From Candidatus Eiseniibacteriota bacterium (GTDB lineage: Bacteria; Eisenbacteria; RBG-16-71-46), in the NCBI GenBank assembly GCA_039917105.1, contig JBDSKE010000208.1, positions 1-41,622 on the forward strand: 41,622 nucleotides of DNA, written 5' to 3'. Shown piece by piece: positions 7,721 through 16,992 of this stretch (within the stretch, counting starts at the first letter, position 1; every line of letters begins with the position of its first letter). Position numbers and translations under genes: made by a program. The notes below the pieces were generated by a model. It had not been told where the DNA came from. It was given only the letters and a program-made list of their open reading frames with translations, and ran no database searches.

Positions 7721-9670
7721 ATGAGACCCGTACTGCCTGCAGCGATTCTCTTGTCGATGTCTGCACTGCTTTCGCCAAACCCGGCATCGGCCCAGAGGTT
7801 TCACCAGACCAACCTCGTCTCCGATGTTGCCGGTCGTGCCCTCCATACGGATGCCAACTTGGTGAACCCCTGGGGCATCGTCCCCGGCGGAGCCGGGGTG
7901 TTCTGGGTCTCGAATGAAGCCACCGGGACCTCTACCCTATACGAGCCGGATGGTACGCCGCGGCCGCTCGTGGTGACCGTCCCCGGTGGCAACCCAACCG
8001 GCGTCGTGGCCACAGCCGCGGGAGACTCCTCCTTCCGTATCATCAGTGGCGACAGTACCGCTCGCGCGTTGTTCATCTTCGTCACATTGGACGGCAATGT
8101 CGCGGCGTGGAGTCCGACCGTCAATGCGACCAACGCAATCCAGATGGCCAACACGGTTGGAGCCGTTTACACAGGGGCCGCTCTGGGCGGAACACAGTCC
8201 GCTCCGTGGCTCTATGCCGCGAACTTCGCTGCAGGGCGGATCGATGTATTCAATCGCGACTTCGTGCTCACCACACTTTCCGGGAGCTTCACGGACCCCA
8301 CCCTGCCATCGGGGTTCTCACCTTTCAACATCAGCAACATCGGCGGTCAGATGTATGTTGCCTATGCGCGGCGGGACTCGCTCACCGGAGATGAAGTCGC
8401 AGGCGCGGGGCTTGGCTATGTGAGTGTATTCAATGCGAACGGCGACTTCCTTCGCCACTTCGCCTCTGAAGCGCAGTTGAATGCGCCGTGGGCGATGGTG
8501 CAGGCTCCTGCAGGGTTCGGTCCGTTCGGTGGCTCCGTGCTCGTCGGCAACTTCGGGGATGGTCGGATCAACGCCTTCGACTCGGGTTCCGGCAATTTCA
8601 TGGGAGCGCTTCAGGACACGCTTGGCATCCCGGTCTCGATTTCGGGGTTGTGGGGGCTGCATTTCGGCCGACCGGTGTCCGGGGACGATGTGGCTCACCG
8701 CTTGTATTTCGCTGCGGGTTCCAACGACGAGACGCATGGCCTGTTCGGGTATCTGTCGGAGACTCTCTCGCCCCATGTGATGGCGTGCGACAACGATTCG
8801 AAGGGCTGGGGCTACTGGCGCAAGCAGTGCGGACCGCCCATCAACCCGCGACGAAATGGCAACGGTCTTGGAAATGGCCCTGGCAGCGGCAATGGCCCTG
8901 GCAATGGCCCTGGTAACGGCCCCGGCAACGGCAATGGGGGCGGCAATGGCAACGGCGGGCATGGACCTTGGCCGTCCGCGCCTTCCGACTCACTGCTCGC
9001 ATTGTTCCGGTGCATCACTTCGGCACCCGCGCCCAATACGTTCGGCACGGGAGGATGCTTCGCCGAGCCATGCTCGCTGCTGCAGATGGTGGGCCGCCGG
9101 ACCGAACGTGTGCGCGCCGCGCAGCAGCTCCTACTGGTCCGCCTCAATATCTGCTCGGGTCGGGTCTGTGACAGTCTGACCTTGGGCTGCCCCGGCTGGC
9201 CGGACAGCTTGCGGACGATGACGCTTGGACAGGTTGCGGACTCGCTCGACGCAGTCCTCTGCAGTGGCGGCAGCGACGCGACGCTGCGTTCGCTCACTCG
9301 TTGGTTGGCGTGCGGGATCAAAGTCCAAGTCGACGATGACCACGCGATCGACGATGAGGACACCGGCAAGCGTGCACCGGAACAGAAGATCGGCGTCAAG
9401 ACCATGGGCGTCAGCCCGGCGCGCTTGAGCACCGGAGCCGTTCAGTTCGCAATCAGTACGACCGAACCTCTCATGGTGCGGCTGCGGGTCTACGATGCGC
9501 TGGGCCGGTTCGTCGCTGAACCGATGCGGACCTCTATGGTTATGGGTACCGTTTCGGTCAGTTGGGACGGCAAGGACACCAGTGGCCGGAGCGTCACCCC
9601 CGGCAACTACTTCTATCGTGCCGTGTCGGGGCTGCAGGGTTCCAGCGGCCGGATCGTCATCATCCGCTGA
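7721..9670 (+). CDS. Secreted TIGR03118-family-like protein with Gly/Asn linker, Cys-rich domain and C-terminal FlgD-Ig/T9SS-tail-like domain
   Basis: AAGGAG RBS and signal peptide. TIGR03118-like motifs: QTNLVSD, NLVNPWGI, LNAPW, VGNFGDGRINAFD, GLWGL, LYFAAG..ETHGLFG. C-terminus: LRVYDALGR..WDGKD.SG..V.PGNYFYR. Confidence 0.85.
   Translation: MRPVLPAAILLSMSALLSPNPASAQRFHQTNLVSDVAGRALHTDANLVNPWGIVPGGAGVFWVSNEATGTSTLYEPDGTPRPLVVTVPGGNPTGVVATAAGDSSFRIISGDSTARALFIFVTLDGNVAAWSPTVNATNAIQMANTVGAVYTGAALGGTQSAPWLYAANFAAGRIDVFNRDFVLTTLSGSFTDPTLPSGFSPFNISNIGGQMYVAYARRDSLTGDEVAGAGLGYVSVFNANGDFLRHFASEAQLNAPWAMVQAPAGFGPFGGSVLVGNFGDGRINAFDSGSGNFMGALQDTLGIPVSISGLWGLHFGRPVSGDDVAHRLYFAAGSNDETHGLFGYLSETLSPHVMACDNDSKGWGYWRKQCGPPINPRRNGNGLGNGPGSGNGPGNGPGNGPGNGNGGGNGNGGHGPWPSAPSDSLLALFRCITSAPAPNTFGTGGCFAEPCSLLQMVGRRTERVRAAQQLLLVRLNICSGRVCDSLTLGCPGWPDSLRTMTLGQVADSLDAVLCSGGSDATLRSLTRWLACGIKVQVDDDHAIDDEDTGKRAPEQKIGVKTMGVSPARLSTGAVQFAISTTEPLMVRLRVYDALGRFVAEPMRTSMVMGTVSVSWDGKDTSGRSVTPGNYFYRAVSGLQGSSGRIVIIR
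8855..8960 (+). repeat. Intragenic low-complexity (GNGP)n/(GN)n repeat
   Basis: Encodes NGNGLGNGPGSGNGPGNGPGNGPGNGNGGGNGNGG from degenerate 12-nt units similar to ggcaatggccct. Confidence 0.85.
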
Positions 9671-9685
9671 CGAATGCCAAGTGCG

Positions 9686-9718
9686 AGCCCCGGGGTCTTG
9701 GTCTGACCCCGGGGCTTT
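9686..9718 (+). terminator. Probable intrinsic terminator hairpin
   Basis: Perfect 12-bp stem agccccggggtc / gaccccggggct with a 7-nt loop and only a short T run, 15 nt after stop 9670. Confidence 0.65.
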
Positions 9719-9811
9719 GCATTACCCTCCGCTTGCAACACTGGCAGGAGAATGGGCCGGCGAAAATGATTCATTGCCACGCACGCTCCGCTCCATTCAA
9801 TCGAGGTCACC

Positions 9812-10828
9812 ATGAAAGTCCTGTTCGTCAATGCATTCGACGTCAATGACCTGTTGCCCATGGATGCCTGCGTCGGTCTCATGCGCGATGCGCTCACCAC
9901 ACTCGCGCGCGGCGATGCGGTGTTGCCTTTGCGAGTCATCATGTGGTTGCCGGAGCGCTCCGGCGCCCTCGGGGTGATGCCCGGGTACCTGGGGGAGCCC
10001 AGGAGCTTCGGGCTCAAGGTCATCAGCGTGATGAGCGCCAACCATGGAACCCCATACGATTCGCACCAAGGGGTGGTCATGTTGTTCGGGCTCGTGCATG
10101 GGGAACCACTGGCCATCATGGACGCCACCGCGATCACCGCGATTCGCACCGCCGCTGCCTCAGCCGCTGCAACCGATGTGCTCGCGCGGACGGATGCCGG
10201 CGACCTTGCCCTGATCGGCAGCGGCACGCAGGCGCGCACGCACCTGGCCGCGATGCGGACCGTGCGCCACCTGCGTCGGGTGCGCGTGTGGAGCCGGTCG
10301 CGTGAGAACGCCGAACGCTTCGCGCGTGAAGCGGGGGCAACACACGATATCGCCATCGAGGTGGCCGAGAACGCCGAGGCCGCTGTGCGTGCCGCCGACC
10401 TGATCTGCACGACCACGTCCGCCCGGCAGCCGGTGGTGCAAGGGGCTTGGATCACAGCGGGCGCGCATGTGAACGCCGTGGGCGCTTGCTTCCCCGGGGC
10501 TCGGGAACTCGACACCGAGGCTGTTCGGCGCGCGCGGCTGTTCACCGATTGCCGCGAATCCTGCCTGAATGAAGCGGGCGACTTCCTGATCCCGCGCAGT
10601 GAGGGGGCAGTCACGGACGCTCATCTGTTGGGTGAACTGGGGGATGTGCTACTCGGCAAAGTGTCTGGACGGGTCTCGCCGGATGACATTACGATGTATG
10701 AATCCCTCGGCATCGCGCTCGAGGACCTTGCTTGCGCGCACCACATCCATCGGCGCGCGCTGGAGACTGGTGCGGGGACTTGGCTCGAGTGGGGCGGGCC
10801 GGGCCAGGAGGAGTCATGCGGGTCCTGA
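9812..10828 (+). CDS. Ornithine cyclodeaminase / mu-crystallin family protein
   Basis: Motifs GLKVISV, ITAIRTAAAS, Rossmann IGSGTQA, HVNAVG, RELD and SLGIALED. Confidence 0.9.
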   Translation: MKVLFVNAFDVNDLLPMDACVGLMRDALTTLARGDAVLPLRVIMWLPERSGALGVMPGYLGEPRSFGLKVISVMSANHGTPYDSHQGVVMLFGLVHGEPLAIMDATAITAIRTAAASAAATDVLARTDAGDLALIGSGTQARTHLAAMRTVRHLRRVRVWSRSRENAERFAREAGATHDIAIEVAENAEAAVRAADLICTTTSARQPVVQGAWITAGAHVNAVGACFPGARELDTEAVRRARLFTDCRESCLNEAGDFLIPRSEGAVTDAHLLGELGDVLLGKVSGRVSPDDITMYESLGIALEDLACAHHIHRRALETGAGTWLEWGGPGQEESCGS

Positions 10829-11166
10829 GATGCGCGCTGCTATTGCTGGGGCTGTCGGGGCTTGGGTGCCTCCCCCCGTGGGAATCCGAGTTCGGCACGA
10901 TAACGGGCACCGTGCGTTACCCGGACCAGACCCCGGTGCACATGGCGAAGGTCACCATCGCGGGCGTGGGGACCACGTATACCGACCTGCGGGGGAACTA
11001 TCGCCTTGAACTGAAGTCGACGTCGGGGGTCGTCACCGTGACAGCCAGGGATGGTTACACGCCGGGCAGGATGTACGCGGTGACAAGTTCGGGCAGGGCA
11101 GAGGTGACCGTACATCGAGGTCTCTTGGTGCAGGATATCGTGCTCGATCGCTCCGAGCCTATCTAG
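10816..11166 (+). CDS. Lipoprotein with carboxypeptidase-regulatory-like (prealbumin-fold) domain
   Basis: GGAGG RBS; lipobox-like LGLSGLG-C; GTITGTV..PV..AKVTI..TYTD.RGNY. Confidence 0.7.
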   Translation: MRVLRCALLLLGLSGLGCLPPWESEFGTITGTVRYPDQTPVHMAKVTIAGVGTTYTDLRGNYRLELKSTSGVVTVTARDGYTPGRMYAVTSSGRAEVTVHRGLLVQDIVLDRSEPI

Positions 11167-11187
11167 CGAAGCCGTCCCGGAATCCGG

Positions 11188-11547
11188 TCAGGCCAGACTC
11201 TGATAGAACTGTAAGCAGACGCCCGACGGCACGATCATGTGGAATTCCCGCCGCCCCCAGCCCTTCTCCTCCAAGGGGCCGACGCGTGCGGCGACGGCCC
11301 CGTATTCCTCATGGAGCGCGTCCAGATCATCGACGCCAATGCTGAAGCTGGCATTGTCCGCCCAAGCCCGGTCGCTGTTCTCGATCAAGTTGAACTCCAC
11401 GCCGCCGCGTCGGATCCCCGCCATGTTGTCCGATTGCCAAGTGACGGCGAACCCGAGCTGGCCGGTATAGAACGCCACGGCCTCCGCGAGGCGGACGCCA
11501 GTCGGGATGAGCGGCGTAACGGTGAGAAATGCAGCTGCTGATGCCAT
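11188..11547 (-). CDS. VOC / glyoxalase / bleomycin-resistance family protein
   Basis: AVAFYTGQLGF, VDDLDALH and WGRREF..PSG..LQF. Start reassigned to ATG 11547. Confidence 0.85.
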   Translation of the reverse strand: MASAAAFLTVTPLIPTGVRLAEAVAFYTGQLGFAVTWQSDNMAGIRRGGVEFNLIENSDRAWADNASFSIGVDDLDALHEEYGAVAARVGPLEEKGWGRREFHMIVPSGVCLQFYQSLA

Positions 11548-11567
11548 GAGCCGTTGATTCCCTCGCG

Positions 11568-11699
11568 TTACTTGTTCTTCTTGCCGGGCAAGGGTGCGGC
11601 CGGATGCGCCTTGGTGTATGCGGCCGCCTGCTTCTGGTTCTTCTCCGTCTCGTGTTGCTTCTTTTCTCGTTCTTTCGACTTCGGTGACTTGTCGCCCAT
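11568..11699 (-). CDS. Small Lys-rich hypothetical protein (43 aa)
   Basis: MGDKSPKSKEREKKQHETEKNQKQAAAYTKAHPAAPLPGKKNK*. It fills the gap between the MFS and VOC genes on the same strand, has mostly G/C-ending codons, and has an extended -10-like TGATAGTCT at about 11750-11758. Confidence 0.6.
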   Translation of the reverse strand: MGDKSPKSKEREKKQHETEKNQKQAAAYTKAHPAAPLPGKKNK

Positions 11700-11782
11700 G
11701 GCCTACCGCCTGTGGTTCGGGTGGTTGGAGCAGCGCTTGACCGGATTGCAGACTATCACCGATGCAGTGGGATGCAGCCCGC

Positions 11783-13084
11783 TCAATGCCCGCCCGCAAC
11801 ACTCTGCTTCGGCGTTGCGTTGAAGATCGTCAGCATGAGCACGGCGCCCAGCGCCGAGAACCCGATCATGCTCGGGCCCCACGCGCCCCAACCGTAGGTA
11901 TCGAGCAGGAAACCCATGCCCACGCCCACGAAAGAGCCGCCCACATACTGCATGCCGTCGAACATCCCGGCGGCGGTGGCGGCGGCGCGCTTGCCGCCGA
12001 AGTCCATGGACGCGGTCCCCGAGAGCATCGAGTGCACCATCGAGATCGCGAGCGAGTTGACCACGAACGCGGCAATCACCAGATCGAGGCTGGGCGCCTT
12101 CCATACGACCGCCAGGCAGATGCATTGCAACGAGTATCCGATGAATGCCACCGGTGCGCGGCGATGCTTGAAGAGCAGATCCGACATGAACCCCGCCACA
12201 AACGCTCCGGCAATGCCGGCCAGGACGACGGCCATGGCGTTCTTCTTGAAGATCGGATTGTCCAATTGCAGGTGCTGCACCTCCTGCATGTAGCGCGGGA
12301 ACCACTGCTCGAATCCCTGCCGCACCAGGCCGGTGCAGAACTCGGCGATGGCGATGGTGATGGCAATCGGGTTGGTGAACACCTTGCGCGCCACATAGCG
12401 GAACGTGATCTTCTCGGTGTCGCCGCTCGATGCGTCCTCGGGGTCGAAATCGTCCATGCCGGCATCCTTGGGCGAATCCTTGACTACCAGGAACAGCACC
12501 ACCGTCATGACGGCCACGATCATGGCGGGCAGGAAGAACTTCCATTGCCACGGCAGGGCAACCACCGCTGCAGCCCCGAGTAGGGCATACACTCCCGCGC
12601 GGCCGCTCTGGATCATGGAACCGAAGATGGCCGAGAACCCGCCGCGTTCGGTTACATGGAACCATGCCGAGTTCACCTTGATCAACGCGAGCGCGCTGTA
12701 CGACTGGAAATACATGTTCAGGGTCCACGCCGTGGCGAGGAACCCGAGCAGCAGCGTTCCCGTCCCCAGGAATCCCATGTAGGCGCCCAAGCCGAACAGC
12801 GTATTGAACACGAACGCGCCGGTGGCGCCGATCAGCATGGCCTTGCGACCTCCGATCCTGTCGGCAATGGGGCCATTGAACATGGCCGAGATGCCGTAGA
12901 CCAGCGTCGCTGTCGAGATGATCGCGCCAATCTGGGTCTTGCTCCAGCCGTACTCATCGGACAGAGACTTGTTCGCGAGGGAGATGTTGTAGCGCGCCAT
13001 GTACATGGCCGCATACGTGGAGCCAAGCACGAACCAGTTGGCGATTCCGCGACGATTGAAACCGGGGCTGCGGAGCGACGACAT
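11783..13084 (-). CDS. MFS transporter, GlpT/UhpT (organophosphate:Pi antiporter)-like
   Basis: Motifs YMARYN, GPIADRIGGR, AWF..ERG, GFMSD and AAATAAGMFDG; about 12 hydrophobic segments; GGAG RBS before ATG 13084. Confidence 0.88.
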   Translation of the reverse strand: MSSLRSPGFNRRGIANWFVLGSTYAAMYMARYNISLANKSLSDEYGWSKTQIGAIISTATLVYGISAMFNGPIADRIGGRKAMLIGATGAFVFNTLFGLGAYMGFLGTGTLLLGFLATAWTLNMYFQSYSALALIKVNSAWFHVTERGGFSAIFGSMIQSGRAGVYALLGAAAVVALPWQWKFFLPAMIVAVMTVVLFLVVKDSPKDAGMDDFDPEDASSGDTEKITFRYVARKVFTNPIAITIAIAEFCTGLVRQGFEQWFPRYMQEVQHLQLDNPIFKKNAMAVVLAGIAGAFVAGFMSDLLFKHRRAPVAFIGYSLQCICLAVVWKAPSLDLVIAAFVVNSLAISMVHSMLSGTASMDFGGKRAAATAAGMFDGMQYVGGSFVGVGMGFLLDTYGWGAWGPSMIGFSALGAVLMLTIFNATPKQSVAGGH

Positions 13085-13218
13085 GCGAGGGCTCCCTCGT
13101 GGGGCGTCCATGACCCGACCCGCAGGCCGGATGGCAGAGTGGTCCGAGCTTTGTACCCCTGTGCTCCCGACCGGGTCAAGGAGATGCAGCCCGCCGGATG
13201 AACGGGCGTGCGCTCTTC

Positions 13219-13989
13219 TCAGGCCCCCAGGCGCTCGCGCAGCAATCGCGCCCGCACGCGGCTCACGGGGACCTCGGTACGGGCTGCGTCGTTCATCTGC
13301 AGGCGGTAGGTGCCGGCGAATGCGGGGCGAAGCGCCGCGGCGCGGTCAAGGTTCACGATGGCAGAGCGGTGGACCCGCAGGAATCGTGCTGGGTCCAGAC
13401 GGCGGTCGAGCTCGTCGAGCGTGAAGTCAATCCAGTGGCGGTCGCCCTCCATTGCAGCGAACACCAGTTTGTCCTCCGCGCCGAACCACAGGACGTCGGC
13501 AGGCCGGACAATCAGCTGCTTCGGCCCGATCCGCACGGTGAAGCGTTCGAGTCGGTCCCCCTGTGGCGCATGACCGACCGAGGCGAGCAGCTCTTGCAGT
13601 CGCCGGGACAACTCCTCGGGCCGTTCCAACTCGCGCCGCACGCGCTCGATGGCCGCCGCAAGGCGCTCGGGACGGAATGGTTTGAGAAGATAGTCCACCG
13701 CGTTCTTCTCGAACGCTTGCACGGCGTACTGGTCGTATGCGGTGGCGAACACGATCGCGGGCCGGTGCGTGAGTCGTGGGAGCAGCGCGAACCCGTCCTC
13801 GCCCGGCATCTGCACATCGAGCAGCACGCAATCGGGCCGGAGCGCATCGATCAGCGGCACGGCTTCCTCCACCGAGCCGGCCTCGCCCACAATGATGATG
13901 CCGGGTAGGTCGAGCAGTAGGCGCCGCGCACGCGCGCGGGCGAGCGGCTCGTCGTCCACCAGGACCATGCGTAACGGGGACTCGCTCAT
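13219..13989 (-). CDS. LytTR-family response regulator
   Basis: Receiver domain (VDDEPLAR, LDVQMP, TAYDQYA, DYLLKP) plus LytTR domain (FLRVHRSAIVN, VPVSR). Confidence 0.95.
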   Translation of the reverse strand: MSESPLRMVLVDDEPLARARARRLLLDLPGIIIVGEAGSVEEAVPLIDALRPDCVLLDVQMPGEDGFALLPRLTHRPAIVFATAYDQYAVQAFEKNAVDYLLKPFRPERLAAAIERVRRELERPEELSRRLQELLASVGHAPQGDRLERFTVRIGPKQLIVRPADVLWFGAEDKLVFAAMEGDRHWIDFTLDELDRRLDPARFLRVHRSAIVNLDRAAALRPAFAGTYRLQMNDAARTEVPVSRVRARLLRERLGA

Positions 13990-13999
13990 GCTCCCGGTT

Positions 14000-16207
14000 C
14001 TACCACGACAGGGCGAAGCCCGCCACGAGCAACCGGCGGCTGAAATACGAGAGGCGGTCGTAGCGTTGCGAATAGTCGCTGTTGTAAACGTATTCGAGCA
14101 CGTTGGGAGTGCCCAATACGTTCATGGCCTCCACGTATGCCACGCACACATTACTCGCCGGCAGGCTCCAGCCTGCGGGCAGCGAGAATAATCGCGTCAC
14201 GCGGACGTCGAGTCGCTGGTATTGAGGCATTTGGACCGAGCGGTGCTCCCCGTACACCGGGCGCCACAGTTGGCGGTCGGCATCGTAGGTGCGGTCCACG
14301 ACGGGCGTGAACGGGCGACCACTCGTGTGCGAGTAACGCAGCCCCGTGCTCCAGCGCGAGGAGAGCTGGTACTGACTCACCAGAGTGAGCGAATGTCGGA
14401 CGCCGTAAGCCGAAGGAAGTTGGCGAGGGTCGTCCAGCTCGCGGCGCTTGGAATCCAGGTAACCGTACGAAACCCAGCCATTGAGCCAGCGATAGGCGCC
14501 CTGCAAGAACACATCCATGCCCCGCGCGTAGCCCGAACCACCGTTGGCGTAGAACGCGCTCGAATCGTTCGTGGTCAGTCCGCGATAATCCTTGCGGTAG
14601 CCCTCCACCCGGAGATTGCCGCGGTCGGACTTCCACTCATAGCCCGCGATCACATGGTCCGCTCGCGAGGAACCCAGCGATGGGTTGCCATACACGGGGT
14701 CCAGATACTTGGGGTCGGGGCCCTGGTGGTAGCGCCCCGTTGCGATACGCAGCGTCTGATGATCGTCTACGCGCCACGCCAGCGCGGCGCGTGGGTCGGC
14801 GAGCCAGCGCCGCTCCTCATTCGACTCGCGCTCGCCGCGCATGCCGAGCGTGGCATAGAGGGGGCCAACGACGCGCAGCTTGTCCTCCAGATACACGCTC
14901 GGTTCGTGCACCCGCGCGTCGGTCGCGAGCGTTCGGGTGGGCGCGCCCGGGCCCAGGTCGGTGCTGTCGGCCGCAGCCAGGCCCGAGTCGCGCGAACGGC
15001 GCGTGACCTGGGCGGCGCCAAAGCCGATCTCGTGCCGCGTGCCGGCATGCCAGATGCCGTCCAGGTTCGCGCGCGCTTCTTCCTCGATGAATGTCTGGCC
15101 GAAACTGCTGAAGTCCCGAGCGTCGCGATAGCGCTGCCCCGACACATTTCCGCGCAGCGAGACATGCCTGAACGCCACATCGGACCATTGCAGCGACACG
15201 AAGCCATTGCTTGCGCGTGAGCTGTAAGTGTCGGCGATGTTGAGTCGGTTGGTTTTGACTGCCAGGTGCTCAGTCGAACCCAGGTGCAGCAGCGACAGCC
15301 TTCCGGTAGGGGAGTAACGGTAGAGCAGCTTGTCGGCGATCTGGGAACTCTGCGGCGTTTCCTCGTATTCACTGGAGGAGCCGTAGAGCTTGAATAGCAG
15401 CCCCGGCCAACTCTGCCCGACGCTGGTGATGAACGAGAGCTTGTCCGGGACCAGTGCCCAGGTGGTGTTGAAGGCACCCGAGGCGAAGTTCCCGCCGACG
15501 CCGACCGTGCGCAGGTTCATCGGATCCTGTGTCTCGATATCGAGCACACCCGAGAGGGCGCCGCCGTATTTGGAGGTGAAGCCGCCGCTGGAGAAGAACG
15601 CGCTTTTGAGCATATAGGTATCCAAGATGCTGAAGAGCCCACCCGATGCACTCTCGTAGTGGTACGGATGCCCGATCGTAGCGCCGTCCAGGCGGATCTG
15701 CGTCTCGCGCGGATCTCCGCCGCGGACGAACAAGGCCGCGCCCTCGTTGGGTGCGTTGATGCCCGGCAGCGCGCGCAGTGACTGGAAGATGTCGGCCGCG
15801 CCGCCCGGCGTCATGTAGACGTCCGAGCGCCGCACCACCGCCCCCTCGCTCTTGCCACTCTTGCCGAACGACGATGCGGCCACAGTCACCTCGGCCACCG
15901 GCACGGGTTCGTCCACGAGCTTGACGCTGAGCGGCGCGAGGCCCTCGTGCACCGCCAGCGTGAGCCGCGCGCGCTGGTAGCCCATCTGCGTCACCTCCAG
16001 CACGGTGGTGCCATCCGCCAACTCGAGCATGAAGCGGCCCTCGCTATCGGTCACGGTGCCGCGCCTTTGGCCGGGTGCCGACACGTTCGCGTATTCGACC
16101 GGTTTGCCGGTGCCGTCGTGCACCACGCCGATCACGCGCGCGGCTTGAGCCGGGCCCGCGATCGCAAACAGGCCGAACGCGAACAGGAAGGGGACGCGAG
16201 AGCTCAC
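14000..16207 (-). CDS. TonB-dependent receptor with N-terminal carboxypeptidase-regulatory-like domain
   Basis: GTG 16207 overlaps the upstream TGA; signal peptide; GTVTDSEGRF; plug LPG..LFVRGG..DG and KYGGALSGVLDI; GNPSL; C-terminal Trp. Confidence 0.88.
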   Translation of the reverse strand: MSSRVPFLFAFGLFAIAGPAQAARVIGVVHDGTGKPVEYANVSAPGQRRGTVTDSEGRFMLELADGTTVLEVTQMGYQRARLTLAVHEGLAPLSVKLVDEPVPVAEVTVAASSFGKSGKSEGAVVRRSDVYMTPGGAADIFQSLRALPGINAPNEGAALFVRGGDPRETQIRLDGATIGHPYHYESASGGLFSILDTYMLKSAFFSSGGFTSKYGGALSGVLDIETQDPMNLRTVGVGGNFASGAFNTTWALVPDKLSFITSVGQSWPGLLFKLYGSSSEYEETPQSSQIADKLLYRYSPTGRLSLLHLGSTEHLAVKTNRLNIADTYSSRASNGFVSLQWSDVAFRHVSLRGNVSGQRYRDARDFSSFGQTFIEEEARANLDGIWHAGTRHEIGFGAAQVTRRSRDSGLAAADSTDLGPGAPTRTLATDARVHEPSVYLEDKLRVVGPLYATLGMRGERESNEERRWLADPRAALAWRVDDHQTLRIATGRYHQGPDPKYLDPVYGNPSLGSSRADHVIAGYEWKSDRGNLRVEGYRKDYRGLTTNDSSAFYANGGSGYARGMDVFLQGAYRWLNGWVSYGYLDSKRRELDDPRQLPSAYGVRHSLTLVSQYQLSSRWSTGLRYSHTSGRPFTPVVDRTYDADRQLWRPVYGEHRSVQMPQYQRLDVRVTRLFSLPAGWSLPASNVCVAYVEAMNVLGTPNVLEYVYNSDYSQRYDRLSYFSRRLLVAGFALSW

Positions 16208-16992
16208 TTGGCGTCCTTCCCGGCCAGTTCCTTCTCGGCCGCGGGTAACAACACCTTGCTCACCCAGAGGTTGTCGGGATCCAACGCCAGCGCCTTCTGG
16301 TAGTGGGCTCTGGCCAGTTGCGCCTGGCCCAGCTTCAGCTGGCAACGTCCGGCCCAGAGCTCGGCGTCGGCCCGGCCCCAATCGAACGCATTCGTTCCGT
16401 CGGAGTCCTGCGAGGCGAACAGCGCGATGGCGCGCTCGAACTGCGGCATGGCGCGCTTGGCCCCACCGCCCACGAACTCGGGCTTATGCATGGTGTTCAT
16501 GGCCTTCAACAACAGGACGCGTGGATTCTTGGCGTCCATGCCCTCAGCGCGCCCATAGCTCTCCTCCATCTCGGGGCCAAGGGTCATGGCCATGAGCGGG
16601 TTGAAAGTGAGCGAAAGCCCCTGCAGTCCGGCCTTGATCGCCACAGCGTCCGCGAGCTTGGGATCCAATGCGATCGCGCGGTCGGCAGCAGCGATGCCGT
16701 CCTTGCAGACACGCTTTGCCTGCTCCGTGTCGGCGGACTGCAACAATGGCACCGCCCGCCACGACGACACCGCGATCCAACATGCGAGGCGCGGGTCTTT
16801 GGAGTCCTGCTGTTGCAGGGCTGCGAAGGCGGCACGGGCCCTGAGGATGGCATCGGGTTGCGAAGCGCTCACGCCGTTCTGGAGTTGCCGCTTGGCTGCG
16901 GCGAGCGCCGTCGCGGGGTCCGTCATGTCGGCGGCGTGCGCTGGGACCACAAGGATCGTCGCCAGCAGGAGCATCGGGATCAGTCGTCGCAT
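16204..16992 (-). CDS. Secreted TPR-repeat protein
   Basis: Signal peptide ending AHA; AIALDPKLADA, KNPRV, PEFVGGG and YQKALALDPDN. Confidence 0.85.
   Translation of the reverse strand: MRRLIPMLLLATILVVPAHAADMTDPATALAAAKRQLQNGVSASQPDAILRARAAFAALQQQDSKDPRLACWIAVSSWRAVPLLQSADTEQAKRVCKDGIAAADRAIALDPKLADAVAIKAGLQGLSLTFNPLMAMTLGPEMEESYGRAEGMDAKNPRVLLLKAMNTMHKPEFVGGGAKRAMPQFERAIALFASQDSDGTNAFDWGRADAELWAGRCQLKLGQAQLARAHYQKALALDPDNLWVSKVLLPAAEKELAGKDAK

Noticed and set aside
8855-8960. Short tandem repeats considered as a possible CRISPR array or DNA-level VNTR
   Set aside because: There are no unique spacers and no cas genes. The units are in-frame codon repeats with synonymous variation.
11548-11802. 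Long N-terminal extension of the VOC protein given by the ORF track (start 11802)
   Set aside because: The VOC fold starts at ATG 11547, which has its own RBS. The extension overlaps the MFS stop and the 43-aa small ORF.
13197-13207. Single LytTR-like box (GCCCGTTCATC, minus strand) upstream of the MFS gene
   Set aside because: No partner repeat lies 21-22 bp away, and one copy could be chance. Worth rechecking only if the 18159-18190 boxes are validated.
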